Shown here: positions 58,171 through 64,000 of the stretch, piece by piece
Position numbering within the stretch: the first letter of the stretch is position 1
How the letters are laid out: the number at the start of each line of letters is the position of its first letter
DNA from: Nitrosarchaeum sp.
Lineage (GTDB): Archaea; Thermoproteota; Nitrososphaeria; Nitrososphaerales; Nitrosopumilaceae
Length of the DNA stretch: 64,000 nucleotides
Direction of reading: 5' to 3'
Assembly: GCA_965223865.1 (NCBI GenBank)
Contig: OZ245020.1
Coordinates: 128,001-192,000 of the forward strand
The notes under the pieces: generated by a model
Database searches by the model: none
The model's input: only the letters and a program-made list of their open reading frames with translations
What the model was told of the DNA's origin: nothing
Made by a program: the position numbers and the translations under genes

Positions 58171-59593
58171 TCAACTAGGCATTAATGGAATCTGTATAAA
58201 CACAAGTATTGCTGCAAGTATCATTGTAGGAATAGAGATTACAGCACCTGGCTTTATCCATTCCTTTAGTGAAATGTTTCCACGTTTTCTTCTTTCAAGC
58301 ATTCCTATTGCCACAATGTTTGCAGTACTTCCAATCAGTGTAAGATTACCAAAGAAAGTACCTCCAAACAACATTGCCCACCAAAATGGATAGTTATCTA
58401 CACCCATGTCTCCAAACTCATGGACAACTGGAATGAAAGTTGCAACTGCTAGCACATTGTCCATCAATGCACTAAGGATGCTGGTAACTGGAACAAAAAG
58501 AAAGTAAAGATTTGTCTCGTCATTTCCACTAAGATCATACATTCCTTCTGCAATAACAGTGGTCACTCCCAACATCTTCATTGTGCCAACCGATGCAAAC
58601 AAGAAGATAAAAAATGCCAGTGTCCACCAGTCTACACGTCTTTCTACCATCTCTCTTGCCTTTTTGTGATTTAGGAACAAAACAATTCCTGCAGCTGCAA
58701 ACGCAACTCCCGGAAGCAACACATTCTTCTCAAGATCTAGAGCCTCTTCTAAAGGACTGTGTGCAACAAGGGCAGCAATTGTTCCTATGAAGATTATCCA
58801 CGAAATTTTGAAGCTCTCTTTATGCACAGATACCTCCACTCCTGATGATGAGGATGAGGCTGATGTACTGTTGTCACCTAGCACATCTTCTGGCCTTTGA
58901 GAGCGAAGGGCATTACCCATCTGAGAGATGTATTTCCTAAAGTAGAGCAGTGATAGAGGAATTGCAACTCCTAAACCTGCAATGGATATTGGAGTTGCCC
59001 ATCTTAAAAATTCCATGAAAGTAAGTTCTGCCCGCATCGCAATCAATACGCCCACAGGATTTCCAACGACAGTTGCACTGCTTCCAATATTTGTGGCAAA
59101 TACTGTCATCATTACTAAGGGAATTGCACTGATTCTTAGCTTTCCAGTGAGATGCAGTACAGTTGCAGTCATAAACAGAATTGAGGTCACCTCATCTACC
59201 AATGCTGCAAATAATGCAGACATTAACATCAAAACAACTACAAGCTTGATAGGGTTATTTCCAACTCCCTTCATTATTTTTCCGAGTAGATGTTCAAAGA
59301 ATTTTTTTCTCTTCTAAAAATCCTACTACAATCATCATTCCTACCAAGAACAATATCATGTCAAATCCAGCAAACTCTATCATCGTATCTGTATCAAGTA
59401 GTCCCAATCCAAGCATTGCCGCGATTCCAACAAGTGCAAATGCAAGTCTGAATCGCCAGAAGAGTAAAGTTCCTACAATGAGTGATGCAAATATTGTTAC
59501 AGATGCAATCTGTTCTGCATTGAGTCCTGCAAAACTGACAGTTACTGAGATGCATCCAAGTATAATTGGATATAGGATATACTTTGGAATCAA
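58171..59593 (-). pseudogene. ArsB/NhaD/SLC13-type permease, split by +1 frameshift
   Basis: ORFs 59294-59593 and 58171-59274 join (EEKKFFEHLLGKIMK) if one base is removed from the 7-T run at 59302-59308; motifs TNIGSSATVVGNP, DNVLAV, GNLTLIGSTAN. Confidence 0.85.
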
Positions 59594-59596
59594 TTA

Positions 59597-59797
59597 CTAA
59601 TTTACCTCAGGTTTTGACATTACCTGTATGTGAGAATTTTTCTTGTCAATCCACACCTGAAATCCAGAATCCAGAAGAAGTGAGAACACCTCTACCCAAG
59701 GGAATTTTTCATTGTCAATTACGGTTATCTCATATCCTCCGTAATCTTCTACTATGTTGGCAGTAGAACCAATAGTTTTTTTGAGGATTAGAAACAA
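59597..59797 (-). CDS. Small hypothetical protein
   Basis: 66 aa, coupled between USP and permease. Confidence 0.7.
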   Translation of the reverse strand: MFLILKKTIGSTANIVEDYGGYEITVIDNEKFPWVEVFSLLLDSGFQVWIDKKNSHIQVMSKPEVN

Positions 59798-60266
59798 CTA
59801 TTTTTTCTCCCCATCAATAAGCATGACAGGACAGGATATTTTCTCAAGTACTTTTCTTGATATGCTTCCTAGTTTCAGTATTGCCTTGAATCCAGGAAGT
59901 TTACGCCGTTTTGCCATTACGACAATATCGTAAACCTTGTTCATTGGCAATTCTGGTTATTTCCTCATCAGGATAGCCATGGACAACCTTTACGGAAACT
60001 GGAATGTTGTCTTTTTTTAAGGAGATTACCTGCTTGGTGAGTTTTTCATGCATTTCAACTTTCAGGTCTCTTCTGGCAGCCTGGATTTCCTTTGCCCATT
60101 TCCTCCTCTCAGGACTGAATCCAATTGATGGCGGTATGGGAATGTTTTCAACTACATGCAACACAGTCACGTTTGAATCATGCTTTTTTGCCATTTCTCT
60201 AGCATGCTCTAGTGCCCTGTCTCCTGCGTTTGTTCCTGCATGTGGTACCAAAATTTTCTTATACAT
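59798..60266 (-). pseudogene. Universal stress protein, split by +1 frameshift
   Basis: MYKKILVP...GYPDEEI; other frame continues YDIVVMAKRR...LGSISRKVLEKISCPVMLI; extra base at 59932-59934. Confidence 0.85.
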
Positions 60267-60267
60267 T

Positions 60268-60666
60268 TCATTCGCCACCTGAAAGAGCATCATCATTTAG
60301 CCCATCATTGATTTTTGAAACAATTTTTTGAATTTCTGTCTCATGCAAAAATGATACTATTATTACATATTCATAAAATGGCACAGATATCATCAAACCT
60401 TTTTCCCTGTATGATATGATATAGTTAATAGGCCCCAAAGAAGAATTGAATTCTTTTCTCATTGTGATTTCAAGAACCATTTGCATGTAAAGCATGCGAC
60501 GTTTTGCATCATTCTCAAATGGAACCACACCATCTCTGAATTTCTCTGAGACAATATTTCCCATTTTGTCAATAATTCCTACAAATTGAACCTTATCAAC
60601 ATCAAATATTTTTTCACACAATTTCTGCATGTTCAAATGAACCTTGTTTTCCATGACAGAAATCAT
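60268..60666 (-). CDS. DUF6659-like protein
   Basis: VQFVGIIDKMG...MRKEFNSSLGPINYIISYREK. Confidence 0.78.
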   Translation of the reverse strand: MISVMENKVHLNMQKLCEKIFDVDKVQFVGIIDKMGNIVSEKFRDGVVPFENDAKRRMLYMQMVLEITMRKEFNSSLGPINYIISYREKGLMISVPFYEYVIIVSFLHETEIQKIVSKINDGLNDDALSGGE

Positions 60667-61427
60667 ATTCTTTAAAATGGGTTTGAAGTATTTAATAACA
60701 AAATAAAAAAGTGCCTAGTGCCAATTATATGAAAAAAATATTCCTTTTGGTAATCTTAACAAAATGCAAAACATATGTTAATTATTGTTAAAACGATTTA
60801 CAAAATATTCACTATTCAAAGAAATTTTGTCGAGACAAATATCGTAAACAATGAAACTAATGCAATTGCTATAAAATTAGACACAAGTCCATTTTTTACT
60901 ATGTCCTTTATTATTACCTTCGCATTCTCATATACGAGTGCATTGTGTTGAATTAATTTTCTCTACTCAAAAGGGATTCGATTTTCCTTATCACTAAAAA
61001 AATAAACTCCCGGAGCTATTTTCTAAACAATATCCAAATTCGTGATCCAACAAAAATTCCAACTGCTGAAGCAATTAATATTGATACTACAAACTGACCC
61101 TCGTTCATCAATCATATTAGTAATTTTTAGTATTAAATCATGAGCAAATAATTTTCAAGTTACCACTAGATGCTTTACTTTCTAAAATTATTTTCATCTC
61201 ACAATTAATTCGGCCAGTAAGAAGTTTCTATTATCTATTTTTTATTTTTTTACCAAAAAGAAATTATTTATTCTTCAAGCTTTGTTAAGTTGCCTTTGAT
61301 ATCTTTCTAGATTCAAATCTTTAGAGATTTGAACTCTTTTAGGAATAATTTGCGATTTATTGCTTATTATTAAATGAAAATTTAGATCATTAAAGGTTTT
61401 ATCAAAACAATAAGAAAAAGACGGAAT

Positions 61428-61541
61428 CTAAAATTCATTACCACATTTAGTGCAATGATATTTTCCATCTGATTGGGTATGATTCCTACACTTACGACAC
61501 CAATTTGTAGACATTTCAAGAATCGATCTTGCATTTTTCAT
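61428..61541 (-). CDS. Zinc-ribbon microprotein (37 aa)
   Basis: MKNARSILEMSTNWCRKCRNHTQSDGKYHCTKCGNEF. Confidence 0.55.
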   Translation of the reverse strand: MKNARSILEMSTNWCRKCRNHTQSDGKYHCTKCGNEF

Positions 61542-61754
61542 TTATAAAAACAAGTTGAAATGTTTTGTTTTAGAACTCAAACAATTCAAAAATTAATGTG
61601 GTTTGTATTCTAATGGTTAGTCATTATTTTTGCTTCTGAAAACTTAGTTAAGTATCTACAAATCTTTGATATGCGACGTAAATATACTATTTTCTTGACT
61701 GTGATAAGTTAAAATGTTCAAAATGAGGATTGCATGAAGTACTATGGTTAGGAT

Positions 61755-62153
61755 TTACTCTCGGCTAGAATAGTTAGAAGATAAAATAATACAAACAAAA
61801 ATACCACTACCAGAAAGAGCTTGTGCACTGTGTTGTAATCCCTTTGGTATAAAAATTGTCGAAGGAGAAGATACTGTGTATTTTTCGTGGTCAAGTTGGA
61901 TCTCATAAGTTAGTTTTGAATGTTCAGAAAGAATTAGGTTGATCTCATCATAATTATGTTGATGTAGTTGACTGTATTGCGGAAGTTTCTTTGATGTATC
62001 TACAAAATGAACTGCAACATGAGTATTAGATTCAGGGATTAAAGATTTGTCAAGCATGGATAATCGTCGTATTGAAGCTTTTTTATGAAATGGGACTTTA
62101 TCAAGAGGCTCAGTTATTCCTCGCTTGATGAATTTCTTATATTTTCCCATCAT
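61755..62153 (-). CDS. Cupin-fold protein
   Basis: HQHNYDE...IFIPKGLQH metal-binding cupin motifs. Confidence 0.85.
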   Translation of the reverse strand: MMGKYKKFIKRGITEPLDKVPFHKKASIRRLSMLDKSLIPESNTHVAVHFVDTSKKLPQYSQLHQHNYDEINLILSEHSKLTYEIQLDHEKYTVSSPSTIFIPKGLQHSAQALSGSGIFVCIILSSNYSSRE

Positions 62154-62227
62154 ATAGTTATAGTTCATTCTATTAAATAACTCTCTAAACATTTTTCATA
62201 TAAACAATGAAGACTAACTAAAGATCA

Positions 62228-62920
62228 TTGTCGGATAGAATGTCAGAATGGTTTGTTCCAAAATTTGGCTCTCAAAAATTCAGAAAGAGTATTGGGATTT
62301 TGTATCTACCATATACTGCCATAGTTACTTGTTTTGCAATACTTGGTGCAATAACAGAACACATGGATATTGAGAGAATAATAGCAATTGCAGTAATTTA
62401 TTTTATGTCACTTGGCATCAGTGCACATCTGCTTGATGCCATAGGAGGAAGAACAAAACCTTGGGGTGATCTTCCAAAATTAAGACTTTGTGCAATTGCA
62501 CTATTTGTATTAGGCATAGCATTTACCATTGGACTCTATTATGCTTTTTTGGATTCACCATTACTTTTTCCAATTGGAATAATTGAAGGGTTTTTTCTTT
62601 TTGCATATAACTTGGAATTATTTGGAGGTAAATTTCATAATAAAAAATCGACCATCTTTTCATGGGGAGTATTACCAGTATTTGCAGGTTCTGCAATCCA
62701 AACAAATTCAATCACAATTGAGGCATTAATAATTTCAGGAATTGCTGCAGTAATCACATATATTTTAATCAAAAACTCTAGACCATACAAAATTCTAAAA
62801 CAAAAAAACGGTGACATTAATGAAATCAAAAAGAAAGAAATTATTCTAAAACTATTATCAATTGGAGTAGTTGTTGGAACTCTGATATTTTTTATAATTA
62901 GATATTTTTTCAGCATGTAA
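62228..62920 (+). CDS. Membrane protein, UbiA prenyltransferase-like topology
   Basis: ~7 TM; AHLLDA..G..KPW, FAYN. Confidence 0.6.
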   Translation: MSDRMSEWFVPKFGSQKFRKSIGILYLPYTAIVTCFAILGAITEHMDIERIIAIAVIYFMSLGISAHLLDAIGGRTKPWGDLPKLRLCAIALFVLGIAFTIGLYYAFLDSPLLFPIGIIEGFFLFAYNLELFGGKFHNKKSTIFSWGVLPVFAGSAIQTNSITIEALIISGIAAVITYILIKNSRPYKILKQKNGDINEIKKKEIILKLLSIGVVVGTLIFFIIRYFFSM

Positions 62921-63574
62921 TATTACTGAACAATTCCAAGTAAGATTCTGTTGTGTTACTGTAAAACCATGTTTCTCAAGCTCCTGTTTATATTGTTCAA
63001 CCCACTTGGTTTTTTGTATTAATTTTGGTAGTTCAGTAAATGCATACTTCCAAGGAGGAATAAAATTTCCTATACAGTTCAATAATAAAAAATACATTCT
63101 CCAAAATGCGTTAATCAGTTTATTATTTGGATATACAAAATCATGAAGAATAATAGAACCTCCTGAATGAAGATGAGCAATACATCTTTCAATCAAAATT
63201 TCTGAATTACAATATTTTGGAATATAAGATGAGCAAATGCAATCAAATTTTTGTTTAAGATCCATCTTTTCTGCATCTTCATGTATATAGGATATATTTG
63301 GAAAGGGATTTTTATTGGCTTGAGCTAAGTAGTTTTTTGATATATCTATTCCAACTATTTTAGTTTGAGGTAGTTTGGAAGCAATCATGCGAGTCAATAT
63401 TCCTGTACCACATGCAAGATCTAACACGGAATTAACATTGTTTATCTTGTTTACAATCTTTTTTTTCCAGTATCTATCTTTTCCAAAAGTAGTCCATGCT
63501 ACCACTCTTTCATATGTTTTTGCGGTTTCATCAAAAAAGCGCGGAACCAAATCTTTTGGAGATTGTATCATCAA
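62858..63574 (-). CDS. Class I SAM-dependent methyltransferase (UbiE-like)
   Basis: FFDETAKTYE, VLDLACGTG, VGIDIS, EDAE. Confidence 0.9.
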   Translation of the reverse strand: MMIQSPKDLVPRFFDETAKTYERVVAWTTFGKDRYWKKKIVNKINNVNSVLDLACGTGILTRMIASKLPQTKIVGIDISKNYLAQANKNPFPNISYIHEDAEKMDLKQKFDCICSSYIPKYCNSEILIERCIAHLHSGGSIILHDFVYPNNKLINAFWRMYFLLLNCIGNFIPPWKYAFTELPKLIQKTKWVEQYKQELEKHGFTVTQQNLTWNCSVILHAEKISNYKKYQSSNNYSN

Positions 63575-63607
63575 TTAATCTATATGATAATACTTAAACA
63601 AGTTATC

Positions 63608-63811
63608 TCATGAAAATTCAAATGTATCAAGCAGAATTGAAAACACTACGTAATATGCACCATAAAATGCTAATAGAAAGATACCAACCCATAAACAGTT
63701 TTTGGCCATTGAAGGATCTTCTTTTCTTAGAATAAAATAGGCTATGATACCTCCAAATATACTAAAGATGAGTGGTAGTCCATACCAAAAAGGACTCTTT
63801 GTCATGTTCAT
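63608..63811 (-). CDS. Small 2-TM membrane protein
   Basis: WYGLPLIFSIFGGIIAYFILRKEDPSMAKNCLWVG. Confidence 0.8.
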   Translation of the reverse strand: MNMTKSPFWYGLPLIFSIFGGIIAYFILRKEDPSMAKNCLWVGIFLLAFYGAYYVVFSILLDTFEFS

Positions 63812-64000
63812 CCATTATCCTTTTTTTCTCTTAAGTTTATGATTAAAAAATAAAATTCATAGTAGCATTTTCTCGTATCATTCTCTTATTGAAAGGATAT
63901 GGATTCACTGGAACTGCTATCATTTTGGGGTTAAAAATAGACGCAGATAGGCGTGAAAATACTTATCTGAATTGAATTTATGAAATTCTGTTATGGGTTT

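Overview
Chromosomal window from an AT-rich ammonia-oxidising archaeon (Thaumarchaeota/Nitrososphaerota, Nitrosopumilaceae-like). The taxon is inferred from 4-hydroxybutyryl-CoA synthetase/dehydratase of the 3HP/4HB cycle, an infB-ndk-rpl24e-rps28e-rpl7ae cluster, Sm-rpl37e and a CFI-box-CTERM surface protein. The left ~8.5 kb is accessory. It holds a 5554-bp element (2825-8378) bounded by 72-bp terminal inverted repeats starting GGGG and by a perfect 14-bp target-site duplication (AAGCACATCCTGCT), the signature of a casposon. The element encodes neither casposase nor PolB; it carries nuclease/defence remnants and a regulated membrane/Met-rich protein module. Two further casposon-type ends (TATATCCCC at 2802-2810 and 8443-8451) suggest a tandem/nested array of non-autonomous casposon cassettes. 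A fixAB-fixCX operon and a Mesh1-like HD protein follow. The centre is mostly core genes plus tRNA-Leu(TAG) and an atypical tRNA-Ala(CGC). Also seen: many unannotated Cys-rich microproteins, three candidate structured ncRNAs, several palindromic operators, att-like remnants near 56-58 kb and a doubly frameshifted USP-permease operon. All calls were made by eye; no searches were run.
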